64,000 nucleotides of DNA from Tubulanus polymorphus (GCF_964204645.1 NC_134030.1:15438110-15502109), one strand, 5' to 3'. Counted from the first letter of the stretch, positions 10,589 to 23,280 are shown. Notes: generated from the sequence alone by a model not told the origin. Numbers and translations are program-made.

Positions 10589-11704
10589 TCAAAATCTTTT
10601 TATGAATGTATATTGCGGCCACATTTCAAGGTTCGTGACCTGTTCGTAATTCCCGCCAGGTATTTTAACCCTGAAGGAGGAGTAAGTATCATATTTGGTC
10701 TTAAGTTTTGTGCACCAAGAATTAATGCCGCACTGTTCCCGTATGTGGTTCGAGACATCATCGGCCGTAGTTCCAGGTCGCAAGCGGGTGATAAACAGCT
10801 CGACTGGGGGCTTTGCGCGGTGCACTCCCTGTATCTTAAAGCTCTTCTCAGTTTTTTTCGGATGATTCGATTTTCGACGCTGGCGATTAACTTCAGTCCA
10901 AGGGGTTGCTTCATCGTCAGTGTGAGGATCAGTCTGCCCATGTTTAACGACATCGCTATAAGTAAGACCGGCAGCAAAGTCTTGCAGGTTCGATTGATTC
11001 GGCACAGGGAATGACTGTGGCCGAAATTCGGGAGGTTATCTTACAGTTGTGCTTTCTAACGTTTTCGTATCCGGAAGACTAACAGTCGCACTGCATTGGA
11101 CCGTAGTCTCTGGTGTGAGTACTGGCATATCATGATCTGGAATAATAACAGTTTTGTTGTGGTTCTCTACAGCACTTATATCAGCATTCATACTGGTCAG
11201 TTGGAGTTGGAGCGAAGTTATAGTCTTTTGAAGGTCTTTCATTTGTTGTGATAGCGAAGAGACGTCCGTGTGACGTCCATCTAGTTTTGGTAGTTTAAGT
11301 CGCTCACTGAGGAAACTCGGTAGAATATTTTTATCAGTCGATACAATCAGTAGAAACATATCTTCTAGATTTTTAAGGGACTTATTCGGGCCCTGGCGTT
11401 TCCTAATTCGCGTTTCCGCTGGGTCAGTTTCACAGACTTTTAATAGAATCGATTTTGCTAGTTCAATCTCAGTATCCGAAAAAGAATCGACGCACATTTT
11501 GACCAATACGTCCTGTTTGAATGTGTCAAGGTTATTGTAGAGAAAGCATAACAGATCATTTACTATAATGTTTCCGGTCCTAATATTGTTGCATAGGTGA
11601 CATGAGTGCGTGTCATTGTTCCGCAGTTCAGCAGATTCTTCTTGCCCGTTTGGACAGGGGCAGTTAAGAATTGCTGCATTGCCGTTGCAGGTAACAGTTG
11701 TCAT
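10589..11704 (-). pseudogene. LINE ORF1 (CR1/L2-group type) with one in-frame stop at 11036
   Basis: SFSDTEIELAKSIL...RKRQG motif, coiled coil, RRM-like ELFITRL...YSSFRV...WP...IKRF. The two ORFs are in frame and lie directly upstream of ORF2. Confidence 0.85.
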
Positions 11705-11984
11705 GTTTATTCATGCGTAACCAATCGTTGACCGTATATCGTGTATGTATTACGAACGATTATATACACGTCTTGCAGTAATTGTAGAAATTGGCAAAGT
11801 CAACGAAACACAGTTAATAACACAGTATTTGCGAAACAATATCAAAAATAGTATATAGGAAGCACAGTCACCTTTTTTCGCGATTGAGAGTTTGCAGGTC
11901 TTCAACAAATTAAATCCCTCTGGTCGGAATTTAACATTTTCCAGTTTAACCTCCAAATATAACACTTAGCGAAGTTCCCGAATC

Positions 11985-12064
11985 TCCGTTTTCACATGAC
12001 AGTCAAAGTTTTAATCCAAATGTCCCGTTTTCACATGACAGTCAAAGTTTTAATCCAAATGTCC
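11985..12064. repeat. 39-bp tandem duplication
   Basis: CCGTTTTCACATGACAGTCAAAGTTTTAATCCAAATGTC occurs twice. Confidence 0.9.
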
Positions 12065-12487
12065 ACTACGGTTGTTTCAGAGCTTCAAAGTCTTGTTTTG
12101 ACATCAGATTCAAGTACTTATAAGACCGAAGTTCAAAAAGCGACCAACACTTGCCGCAATTATTATTATTCAATCAGAAGTAATATAATATAGAAGCGGC
12201 CAACCTTGTAGGTCATATCTATTTGTAGTCTAGATTTATAACTTGATGATGGCGTACAATATTTTGCGATTCCAGCTAGGCAACATGATGAAGCAGCAAA
12301 AGTGTTAGGCGAAACACTGTCAGTCCGCCTTGCGAATGAACTATCCCTCAAAAAGTCACCACAGTGAAGATCAGATAAGAGTCTACCATAGTCTGCTGGA
12401 TGACTTGTGGATTTTTTTGAAATAAGTTTTGGGTTACCCCGTTGACAGTTATATACCTGTTGACGATTTCGAGGAATGTCACCGGGA

Positions 12488-12856
12488 CTATTGCTTAACA
12501 GATTTACAGATCATGACTAATTGCTTACGACATTTTGGTGATTTTTCTTCCGCAAGTTTTCCTATCTTATTAAATACACTTGGCTTCGTTCTGTTATACG
12601 GCTCTTTTCGTTTTTTCGCATTGCCATGTGGCTTTTCATAAGGGGCCATTTGCAAATACTGTACAATGGCATATCTGTGAAGACCATTTCTTGAGTATAC
12701 CCTAGATATAATCCGTTTGGTCAATTGGTTTTCAGCATATTGCCTCTTGAGTTTTATTTTAAAAATTCCGTCTATATCAGCTTCACCTGCCATCTCATCT
12801 AGATCATCAATGTCAACTTTACCCCGACTTAACATTTTAACTTGGCTGATTTTCAT
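12488..12856 (-). pseudogene. Fragment of a probable transposon-derived protein (PHGNxK...PYxRTxPS motif)
   Basis: Motif recalled from uncharacterised MULE-associated invertebrate proteins; the ORF is truncated. Confidence 0.4.
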
Positions 12857-13044
12857 ATTTCATGGTCAAATTCTACCTCAACCAAACTAGATGGAGATGA
12901 CACTTTGTCATAAGTACCGCTACTATCTGATGTAAGATCACTATCGCACACTGACTCTAGATCAATTACAAAAACGGAATAACAATTATTTTAAATTACA
13001 TAGTCAATGAAATTACACTCAAATCAAGCGTGATAACCAGTAGA

Positions 13045-13585
13045 CGAACCACTGTCAACAGTATGGTCACTACAGTCTTCCAACGAATCCAGAGAGCTTG
13101 TTACTTCTTTGATGTTATTTGATTCAGCAAAATCAGTTGGTCGAGATTTCCGATTCTCGGTTTGCAGTAACGCACCTTCGTCAACAGTATGGTCACTACA
13201 GTCTTCCAACGAATCCAGAGAGCTTGTTACTTCTTTGATGTTATTTGATTCAGCAAAATCAGTTGGTCGAGATTTCCGATTCTCGGTTTGTACTAACGCA
13301 CCTTTGTCAACAGTATAGTCACCGCAGTCCTCCAACGAATCCAGAGAGCTTGTTACGTCTTCGATGTTATTTGATTCTCGGTTACCACAAGTAACGTGCC
13401 TTTGTCATCAGTATCGTCACCGAAGTCTGCCAACGAATCTAGAGAGCTTGTTAATACTTCTACGTTGTTTAATACAGCGGACTCATTTGGTCGAGACTCC
13501 CGATTCTTTTTTCGGGGAAGTAATGAACCTTTATCAAAGGTATGGTCACCACAGACAACCAATGAATCCAAGGAATCTATGTTGC
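13045..13585 (-). repeat. ~120-bp coding-like tandem repeat (SLDSLEDCxDxTVDxG...RxSRPxDxAExNN), about 4.5 units
   Basis: Two near-identical units at ~13055-13175 and ~13180-13295 plus diverged units up to ~13585. Confidence 0.9.
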
Positions 13586-13652
13586 TTGATACAGAAGAAG
13601 TACGTGGTTCCGGTTGAGGATCCAGATTCCCTGATTGAGGTAACTGTGTAAA

Positions 13653-15801
13653 CGGTTCCTGAACTTCGCTGAAAAAGCTGAAACACTGAAAAGCCGAACC
13701 GCTGAAATAAAAACGCTGAAATTTCAGGGAATTTCTGAAAAACGCTGAAATTTCAGGGAATTCCCGAAAAACGCTGAAATCGTGCGAGGTACCGACAATA
13801 CACGTTTTGAAATGTTTTCCGGGCCGGTGTCCGCTGAGGAGTCCTGAACCGTGTTTTATGCTCTAGCTTCGGTTACAGAGACATGCCTTAAGGTCGTCGT
13901 CATGATCGACTTGATCGATTGCGGATTGCGTGGATTGTTAGATGTGTTTTTTGCCATAGTTTTATGTGCATATACCGGTACGATCTAACAATGAAGTTAG
14001 CACTTCATTTGAATAAATTCTTAATTACAGTAATATTAATTCACAATATTTTTTCTTATGTTTGGTGATTTCTTGCAACTTATCATTGCCAAGTCTCATA
14101 CAAGAAGTAGCTGAATGAAAGTACAGTTAGGCTGAACCTGATAACCCAAATTAAGTGCTAGCATGGAACTAAAGATTATTTTGATTCTATTTTCGGTGTC
14201 ATTGAAATTCGTTAATAAAGGTTCAACCGTCATAGTATACTGTACTTAGCATTGCTACGATTGGGTGCCATATTTCTACAATTTCTACAAGGAGGAAGGA
14301 GTCTTTAAGTGTCTTTGTTCCCTGGTAGGGTACGGGGTAAAACCTGGTTTACTTTCTCTTTCGACTTGCCGGAGACTACTATCTGCAATGTATTGCATGC
14401 TTTGATTTGTCTGGCCTATAGGAGTCGAACGATATTTTCCCATACACAGGCTTGGCTTTAGTGTAGATGAAGGCTAGGCACTGCACATTGTGGATTGACT
14501 GGAACTCTTAACTCACAAAATTAAACGAGTCAACAAGAAAGATCCAATAATTGGACGTTTGTCTAACTATATTATTTAACAGCTTGAAATAATACATAAC
14601 ACATTCTGCAAGAGTACACAAAGGAAATCAGTTCTTACATTATATCAGAATCAATAGTTCGCTTAACTCTGGCTAGAATTCTGGTTCCATTGCTTCATAT
14701 TCTAATGAAATCCACTAGCATACTTTAGAATATCGCTTAGCTTAAGACTAAAAATTTGGTACCAGGAAACAGGGAAGAAAAAGTGGGTGTACTGTACATT
14801 CGCAATTGACTTATTTCTCTCTGGTTGAATAAAGTTATTATTGAAATAGCATTCGAATAGCCATTTTAAAATTTTTTAAAATTGTGTCGTTCAGCTATCC
14901 TGCTGCAAATACCGCAGTTGAAGTTTACTGGTGCCAGTTGATTTCTCAGTATCTCAAAAAATTTGCACATTCTAAAGCCTAGCGCACATCGACACTGCGA
15001 TTGGGGACAACTAGTTGCAAGGCAGTTTTCGGCGCATGAGAGGAACTGGCTGGATACGATCAGTTGCTTGAATGTGTCGATGTGAGCGAGCTTACGATTG
15101 GTAAGCGTCGATCTATCTCCAGTTCCAGCCAGTTGCCCATGTTCTACTTTTGAGCAACTGGCAAATCGCAGTCATATCCGTCGATGTGCTCGCTCTGGAT
15201 CTCGACGATCGACATGCGCCATGCAGTTGCTGCAACTGACCGGTTGTAACTAGATTTCGATGTGCGCGGGGTAATCATTTATAAAACTAGCTGTCAAATT
15301 TAATTTACCTCCTTCAGAGAATACCATGACATAGTCCGTCGCCCATCAACGTGTTGACAAAAGAAAAGTTGCTTCATGTTTTATACATGAACGTTCAAAT
15401 AAGATATTTTGCGTCTTGCAGGGAATATTGAGCATAGTGTTTAAGTTGGCTTGCACGGTTTGTTGATGGGTTTTCCTCATTATGCTGCCTGTATGCATTA
15501 AAAATCCGGATTTCAAGCGAATTAATTTGTCCAACAAGTGGCCCTCTAGAAGTATACTCCACACATACTGTCCATGCATGTCTCTGTAACCGAAGGTAGA
15601 GACTAAAACACGGTTCAGGACTCGGCAGCAGACACCGGCCCGGAAAATATTTCAAAACGTGTATTGTTGGTACATAGCACGATTTCAGCGTTTTTCGGGA
15701 ATTCCCTGAAATTTCGGCGTTTTGCAGAAATTCCCTGAAATTTCAGCGTTTTTATTTCAGCGTTTCAGTGATTCAGCCTTTTCAGCGAAGTTCAGGAACC
15801 G
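13653..15801. mobile_element. Non-autonomous Mutator/MULE-like TIR element
   Basis: ~230-bp TIRs (CGGTTCCTGAACTTCGCTGAAAA ... TTTTCAGCGAAGTTCAGGAACCG) and a perfect 9-bp TSD CTGTGTAAA at 13644-13652 and 15802-15810; no transposase ORF. Confidence 0.9.
14981..15267. mobile_element. Small MITE-like insert nested in the MULE element
   Basis: Inverted GCGCACATCGA / TCGATGTGCGC ends and internal CAGTTGC/GCAACTG repeats. Confidence 0.5.
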
Positions 15802-16010
15802 CTGTGTAAAAGACGATCCATCACATGATACATCTGTAATGAGAAAAGACCAATATTTTTTGATAGACATCAAAACAAAACGGGACTATTTAAGAGCAAG
15901 GACAAAACAAACAAAAATATTTTTCGGATCAGCGGTGGGGTATTTTTAAGTCTAGAAATTGAGAAACAAAATTTATCTTTTGTAGCCGTTCCCATGGTCG
16001 TTATGCTTAC

Positions 16011-16671
16011 CTGAAGTACTTTGATCTATAAAAACCAATTCTACGCTCAAGCATGTATTTTCCTCCCTGGCAATTCTCTTGACAATCCATTTACTTATAA
16101 CGTTCACAGTCTGACTAAATATAACAGCACCGTTTCCATTACCTCCAAATGTGGTATTGAGGGGGTGAGTATCGACGATGAAGATCTTTTTTCCTTCCAC
16201 AATGACAAGAAGACTGTAGGGCGGACAGGTCAAAATAAAAGATCTGCATGTCGAATCAGTACAATACATCTGCAAAACTTCTTCGAACTGAGTTTGGAAC
16301 CGAGCTTTGGTTGTGATGCCATTAAGAACTGTTAGAATTCCCTTACAGCTAAATAGTCTGTTTTGGCTTAAGATTTCTGCAGCATCTTCAACTGTGTACA
16401 TGCGTCTGTGATCACGTACACTGCTGTGGATAGATGGAAAATTTAGTATTTTATCGGTGGTCACTTCTTTTATGACGTCAACCTTTAAAACAGAAGGAAT
16501 ATTTTGAACATCTGCGGCCGTAAGCAAACAAAGAAATGTGCACGCATTCACTGTTCCATCGTGTGTTTCTCTCGATAACTGTCCGTAGTCCAGAAGAGCA
16601 ATGCTTAATTGTTCCAGGTATGAAACTTGACTTATGGGAAGATGGTGTATTTCAGGGAATTCGCCGTCAAC
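16011..16671 (-). CDS. Internal exon encoding a papain-like cysteine protease/deubiquitinase-like domain
   Basis: Acceptor cttcAG at 16672 and donor GTAAGC at 16010. Motifs NACTFLC ... YSLLV ... FIVDTH resemble the Cys...DxH arrangement of herpes tegument (C76)-like proteases. Confidence 0.55.
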
Positions 16672-18156
16672 CTGAAGATATAATTGTAAACACATGAAAC
16701 GAAAACCAAAGGAATAGTTGAAAAATAGATTCTGCCCTCGTGTATTGCGTTACAGAAACGTACAGAATGGAATGTTTCCTCTTGACACTCATTGGATGCG
16801 TAGTGGACCGTAGTACCAGCGCTTGGAAACCCCTGCCACAGAAAATCCAGACACTAGAATGATTACAGAATTACCTATTTTGAATAATTTCGAACTGACC
16901 TGTTGCAGTTCCAGCCTACAACGCCTCAGTGAACTGACCGTTTGTCTGGTTCAAGAGGATCCTTTCAAATATGTTTCCCCTACTCCCTAAAAGTAACGAT
17001 AGGTCACAATTATAAGGGGTCGGATTATTTGATTAGTAAATGCAATTTACTGCAAGTCGACGGGGTATAAAACATCGAGAAAATTGCATTATTTTTTTCT
17101 ACACGTAAATCAATCCCGGTGAAATAAGAAAGGGTATAACCCTTACGATAAAAAATATATATTGTTATCACTTTAAAATTGATACAGCTTTTCATTAAAT
17201 CCATACGTTATATATTTGTAATATAAAGAGTGAGTTGGCATGAGCTGAATACAAAACTAATGGCGGCATAGATTTGTTGTCAATCTTAGTCATTATGATT
17301 TATGTGAGATGGTGTTTTTACAGATTTTAGGTCACCGGATGCTTGAAATACTGCTATAAAGCTGTTATATGACCATTTTTCACGAATGTTTATATTGTCA
17401 CGTATCACTGCACATCTCAAAAACATATGTGGTGGTTAGCAAGACTTCTGCCAGTAATTTCAAAACCGTTCTATATACTTTCCAGTGGAGTTTTCAAAAT
17501 GATGTTTTGGAAGCTGCAGCTGTCGCGGTAATAGTTGCTATTACGAAGTAACTATTGAAAAAGGTTTCGTTAGAATTAAATCAAAAATATGTTTTATTTC
17601 GTATAGAATGGAGACGAATGGAAGTAAAGCTCACGGTCGAAATGAGGCGCAGCGTGACATCTTTAAAAACCATTGCCCATCGTATTCGAAAACGTATTAC
17701 TTAAAATGCACTGGCCGAAATTGGGTATTGAAATAAGTGAAAATGGACAGAGGCATCTGACTTGTGATGGATCGATATAAAATGAATGAGTGTTATGTCA
17801 TACCACTGTAGCGGAAAATCCCTTGCCGTAGTTGTTTTTCGGGGTGTTTTCTTCTGCAAAGCTCCTCCGCCGCCCTGCGCGTGGTTGATTTTATAAATTA
17901 TAGTTTTGTATTTCCGGTGTTGGAAATGGTCGGTCGGTTTTGGGCGGTAATTAGCGCAACTTTTCTAAATCTCCCCTTTTTGCAATTTTGTCCGATCATT
18001 TCCCACACCTTTAAATTATCGTATCGCTTTGAAATTTGTACAGAATGTATAAACCTTGGATCAAAATGTTTTCACGTATTTTTCTTATCGTTCCGTCCAT
18101 TTATAACTTAATTATATTAGGTTTTATATAAAAATTACCTCCTCTCGCTCTAATGT

Positions 18157-18249
18157 CCGCCATTTTGTTGTAATGTGACGTCACGTTGCTCGCATTCCTG
18201 ACGTCATTGTGGCACTCAGCCAATCAGCGCTGAGTGCAGCGTGACGTCA
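18157..18249. promoter_or_regulatory. Pol II promoter-like cluster: YY1 site, three CRE palindromes, CCAAT box
   Basis: CCGCCATTTT at 18157; TGACGTCA at 18176, 18199 and 18242; CCAAT at 18220. Confidence 0.65.
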
Positions 18250-18385
18250 CCTTGCACTTTTTTTTGAATTGAGAAAGTGAGTTCGCTCAAATTATCTGAG
18301 GTACGTAGTTCAACCCGGCGCCGAGTCCTCTTGGCGTCGGGTAGGACCCTCGTTACGAAGTCTATTGCTTAATGATCTTGTGCTC

Positions 18386-18547
18386 TGGGTCAACTTGGCG
18401 ACCTATAATCACTTTGATTCCCTTTTGACTTTAATAGATCAACCTGGCGATCTATTAAATCTCGTTTTATATAGGTCAACGTGGCGACCTATATATAAAT
18501 TCCGAGATGCCGTCAGTTCAACGTTATCGGGGTCAACTCGGCGACCC
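18386..18547. repeat. Four stem-loops with a conserved AACNNGGC loop
   Basis: Stems TGGGTC/GACCTA, TTTAATAGATC/GATCTATTAAA, TATATAGGTC/GACCTATATA and GGGTC/GACCC. Confidence 0.85.
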
Positions 18548-18831
18548 GGTTCTGTCAATTCTTTTCTTGACACATGATCTTTGAGCTTAATTTATGTATA
18601 TATCCGTAGACATAATAAGCTCGACCTTTTTAAATTCCGGGCAAATGCAATAATTAGATTATTTATTAGATTGTTAAAAATAATGAATCAGAGCAAGTTT
18701 TCTACGTTGATTTTTAAAAGTTTATTCTGTTTAATTATAGAATATAATATACATTTCATTTATATGAACGTACGAGTTAAATTTGGAAAATATTATTAAT
18801 ATATATTGAATTTTAAAACTCTCGTTTTCTC

Positions 18832-19469
18832 TGTCGCGAGTAGAGGAGGAGGCCTGTGTCCCTTTTATTCCCCTAATTTGTGTGTCACATGAGTCCATAG
18901 TAAGCTGGGGCAAGCCAAAGAAGCCGGTTGCGAGAGCTACGTGCTGGAGGCACTTGGAATGACACTTTACACCAGAGGATACCAGAGGAAAAGTAGGCGC
19001 CGGTGCTCGGGTGACCGTGTGATCTCGCGTCTTGTCAAGGGCCCTGACTTGACTGATCACACGGCGGACACTCGTCCTGACTGGTCTGGTGACCCATTCA
19101 TCCAGCCATGGGGTTGTGGGGTACGATTCGCACTCACCTCTGACACTATTTTAGCCCTCGTGGAACCCCTTTTTCCCTTGAGTCAGCCGCTGTCCATTTA
19201 TCAACCTTCGGAGGATGACTTTTCCCCTTTGCAGTCCTACTACCCGGGATTGTTCGACGAAAGCGGACCCTTGTAGCCATGCCCTGACGAAGAAGCCTTG
19301 GAACTCGGACACTTTGAGATCGTACCATCCTTTATTCCGTAAACGCTACCCTGGCGCCACCTCTCCGTTGAGTCACCCACCTCTCCGAGGGAGGCTCCGG
19401 GCGTCGCGGCTACACCACATACATTGATTTGGTGAGTAGAGACATTTTATAGTCTCGCGGAACGTGACA
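18832..19469. repeat. Possible solo LTR
   Basis: GC-richer block bounded by TGTCGCG...CGTGACA; no TSD, PBS or PPT found. Confidence 0.35.
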
Positions 19470-20091
19470 AAAGAACTTGTAGGGCGCTTGTTTTATTTAA
19501 AAAATTTAATATTTTCTTGTAAAATAGAACAATATTTAAATTGGGGTTTCTCGTGCTTTACCGCAATATTCTCAGCGGTACAAAAATAGTTACAAAATTA
19601 GCTCCGTTGTGAATATTCGTCAGTTGAAATTTAGAACTTCAAATTAAACTCGTTTTTAAAATAGATGGCATGGTAACTAGAAAAGTGTACTCACCTAATC
19701 CAGAGAATCCGTCTACCAAAATCCAACGAGCCAATCCTGAATATCCTCAGTAGCACTAGCATAGAGTGTAAAATGCGTCGGTAGTCCATCAATAATGAAA
19801 CAAGCATGTGTGTCCACAAAGGGGTGGTGGGTGTGGGTTGCAACAACAACCCCCTTTCGAGCAAAATTGCCCTTTTTGAAATGATATACGCAATTTTTCC
19901 ACTATGACGACAATTGAGATTTAGAATATCGGCACTATTATTTCAAGGAAGACTTTTAACCTCTACAAAACGAGTACCGGGTACACATGTATTATGTGTT
20001 TGTTATACGGACTGTATTATGGTTAAAAAATGATACCCTGTTTCTCAACTTTGCTGATCTTACACTAACTTGACCCGACCGGCCGCCTATC

Positions 20092-20415
20092 CAGGGGCGG
20101 ATCTAGAGCCCAATTTAGGGGGGGGGGCACCTCATAAATGTAGCTATGATGATACTGTATTGACACCGAGCAGCGTTGGCGTGAGACGTTCCTACCCTTC
20201 GCGCCGCAGGCGCGAAGCTCCTGTGGGGGGTCTGGAAAATTTTTGAAATTTAACTCTGTTTTTGGGCCATTTCCTGCATTCTGAGGCAAGAATTCATGAA
20301 AAATACTACACAGCGCGTTGTTAATATTAAGCGAGTGGCGGGAGGTCGGTCGAAAAAAACGATCTTCACTTAAAGTAGGGACGGGGCCCGGGCCCCCTCC
20401 CTAGATCCGCGCCTG
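20092..20415. mobile_element. hAT-like MITE with a 5-bp TSD
   Basis: TIRs CAGGGGCGGATCTAG / CTAGATCCGCGCCTG; flanking CTATC at 20087-20091 and 20416-20420. Confidence 0.75.
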
Positions 20416-21189
20416 CTATCTACACTGTAAATTACTTTTTTAAATCATGATCAGGCATACAATAACCGACCGGGTGTTTGAACTTTTCCGAATCACAAAA
20501 TCACAATCGGTTGGAAATACGCTGATTAATAAAATTTACTGACGGGACATTCTACCGCTATAATGAAGCTATTTCTCAGTGCGTTTAGCCCGTTCGCGGT
20601 TTTGAATGCGTTATCCTCTTAATTGTTAGGACTAATATTTTACATCCATATGTATAAATAGTAGTGTAGCCATGGAACGACCCTATGATGGCACGAAAAA
20701 AAACAATGTAGTGTTATCTAACCGTCAATCATTACGTCGTATAGTTTTAAAAGTTGGACCGTTCCGTCTATCTCAATTGCAAATTTTATATATTTTTTTT
20801 GCATACATTTGGCTACTAATTGTTTAAGTGACTTGATCGAATTCGGCGATATTCGAACACCGTAACAGACCGGGCAGCTATATAAATGAACTGATTACAA
20901 ATTTTATTGCGATTTACAAAATGACGGAGAAACATCATGCTTTAGCGTAAGTTATAAAATGTTATGGCCCTCTCTTAAAGAGAATTCAAATTTAAAGAGA
21001 GAAGGTGTCCGCAGAATATCTAAAATATTTATTCCCTGTATTTCCAGTCATTATACGACTTTCTTTGTTTGTGCGTTTATTTCTTTTAAAAATAATACTC
21101 ATTATCCCGGGAGTCGGACAATATTACAAATGGCGTCCCTATCGATAAGAACTTATGCATGCACGTCATCAACCATTTTTTTGTAAGAT

Positions 21190-23280
21190 AAATGGCATCT
21201 GCAATTATAACTAGTATAGGATTGGCAATTGTTAACGCTTTAGCATTTAAAGGTCGTGGTTATTTATTTAAACATATTGATAAAAATGGTTCATTAACCG
21301 AGCAAAAAGACATAATTAATTAGAAAAATATAATAAAGCAGCAGAAGAATGTAGAGAAAAAAGACAAAATTATTGAGATTATATTAGTAAAGAATTATAG
21401 AATCAGAAAATTTCACATAGAGACTTCATCAGTTGATGAAGCGATGAGTTTATAAAATCAATATTTAAATCAGTAACAAATCGTGAAAAATTACATTTGT
21501 ACGAACCTAAATTATCAGATTATTATACACTGAGTAAAGAAAAACAACAATATGAAATAATTTGGATTTTAGGTGGAACAATTATTGTTATATTTGTTGC
21601 TTATAAATTTACTAATAAGTAATTTTTTTCACAATATAAATGGAAGATAAAATTGATGGGGTTAATATTATTCCTCATGATATAGATAAATCTAAATTAA
21701 AATCATATTTAGAAAAACAAATATTAGAATTTGAAATACATTTGAAAGTTAAAAAGAGAAAATATTTAAAAAGTAAAATTATATATTATTTCATTATTAG
21801 TGATTCTGTTACAGTTAGTTCTGTATTAACATTTTTAGCAATACTCAGTCCATTAACACATTAGGTACATCAATTGGCGTTTTAGGTTTAGGTTCTAGTG
21901 TTTTAATCGGAATAAGTTCAAAAATTAAGCATAAAAAGTAATAAAGAAAAAATAAAATCTGATATAAAAGAAATTAATGAATAAGAAAATGCATTAGATT
22001 ATATAATTAGTTTAAATTGAAATATAACAATTGAAGAACACGATAAATTATTTAAAGAATTAATTAATTATTGACTTTTTTATTATATAAATGGTAGATA
22101 ATGTTTATTATGCAACAACAGGATGTGGAAGAAGTTGGAATAATCATTTAAGTAAATTAGATGAAAATTTAAATTATTCCGATTTGAAATGATTTCATAC
22201 ATATTTTCAAATCAGAATTATTTTAAATGACTTAGAATGTCCCTTACAGGGATCAAAATATTTTAATGAAATAAATAACGATATTAACCTAAGTTTGATA
22301 AAATATGTAATGAATATAATATAAATATAAATAATTTTGATTTAAAGCTCATGGTAAATTGCATGGTGTTGGTGAACAGAATGAAATAATGAGTATCAAT
22401 TATATGCACGTCATAATTATAAAATTGATAATGATAATGGTTGGATTAATTGTATTTTAGAAAATAGTGAAGGTTTTACAAAATCGGGCATACAGCGAAT
22501 AAAGCAATCTATTAGAATATATCTTATTTGCATATTAACTAATTTGTATACTAATTTGTATATTAGGATCACAATTTTAAAGATCACCAATAGTTGGAAA
22601 TAATAATACCTCATTTGATACAAAAACACAATTTGAAATTCTATTTGAAGATGCAATTCATAATGATAAAAATATATCAATTCCAGAAAATATAGTAAGA
22701 TATCAAAATTGTTTAGATAAATCTCATGTAAGATTAAATTATTGTATAGGGCTTAATCCATTAATTATATCTAATGATTTAGTTTTGAAAATAGAAAATA
22801 TGATTGGGTATAATAATTTGATTAAGACTGCCGGAATGAATAATAAATTTGGATTAAATTATATTAATAAAAATACTGCTCCGAAATTAATGGAAGAAAA
22901 TAAAAACGTATTCAATCAACTGAAATTAAAACTCAAAATAACAAATTAAATGATAATAATTTTAAACCAGATTGTAATACTACAGAAAATAATAAAACTG
23001 ATAATATTTAGCAAAAGTTAACTTAAGAAATTAGAAAAAGTATGATATTCCAAGAGTATGAATTCAAACAGAAAATCAAAATAGATTCAGATCGAAGCTA
23101 ATAATGCAATAATAACTAATGCCGCGGATAATTTAATCAAAACGATCTATGGAAGTAAATATAAAATTCCATTAGACTTTGATTTAATAAGTAATAATGC
23201 ACCTTTATAAAAATATGTAATTCAAGAAGATATTATATTTAAAATAACTTTTGCAACTGTGAATAAAGTTTTATTAGCAT
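21190..23280 (+). mobile_element. Degraded relic of the AT-rich Polinton-like family, ending in a major capsid-like fragment
   Basis: Colinear, diverged homology to 26517-28700 (same MASAII, MEDK and CATTGCG genes). 23100-23260 translates to IYGSKYKIPLDFDLI...IIFKITF, which resembles Polinton MCP. Confidence 0.8.

Noticed and set aside
18344-18356. 13-mer GGACCCTCGTTAC shared with the end of the LTR at ~38987
   Set aside because: A single 13-bp match is expected by chance in 64 kb and does not extend.
18300-18550. CRISPR array
   Set aside because: Eukaryotic context, repeats conserved only in the loop, variable stems, no cas genes.
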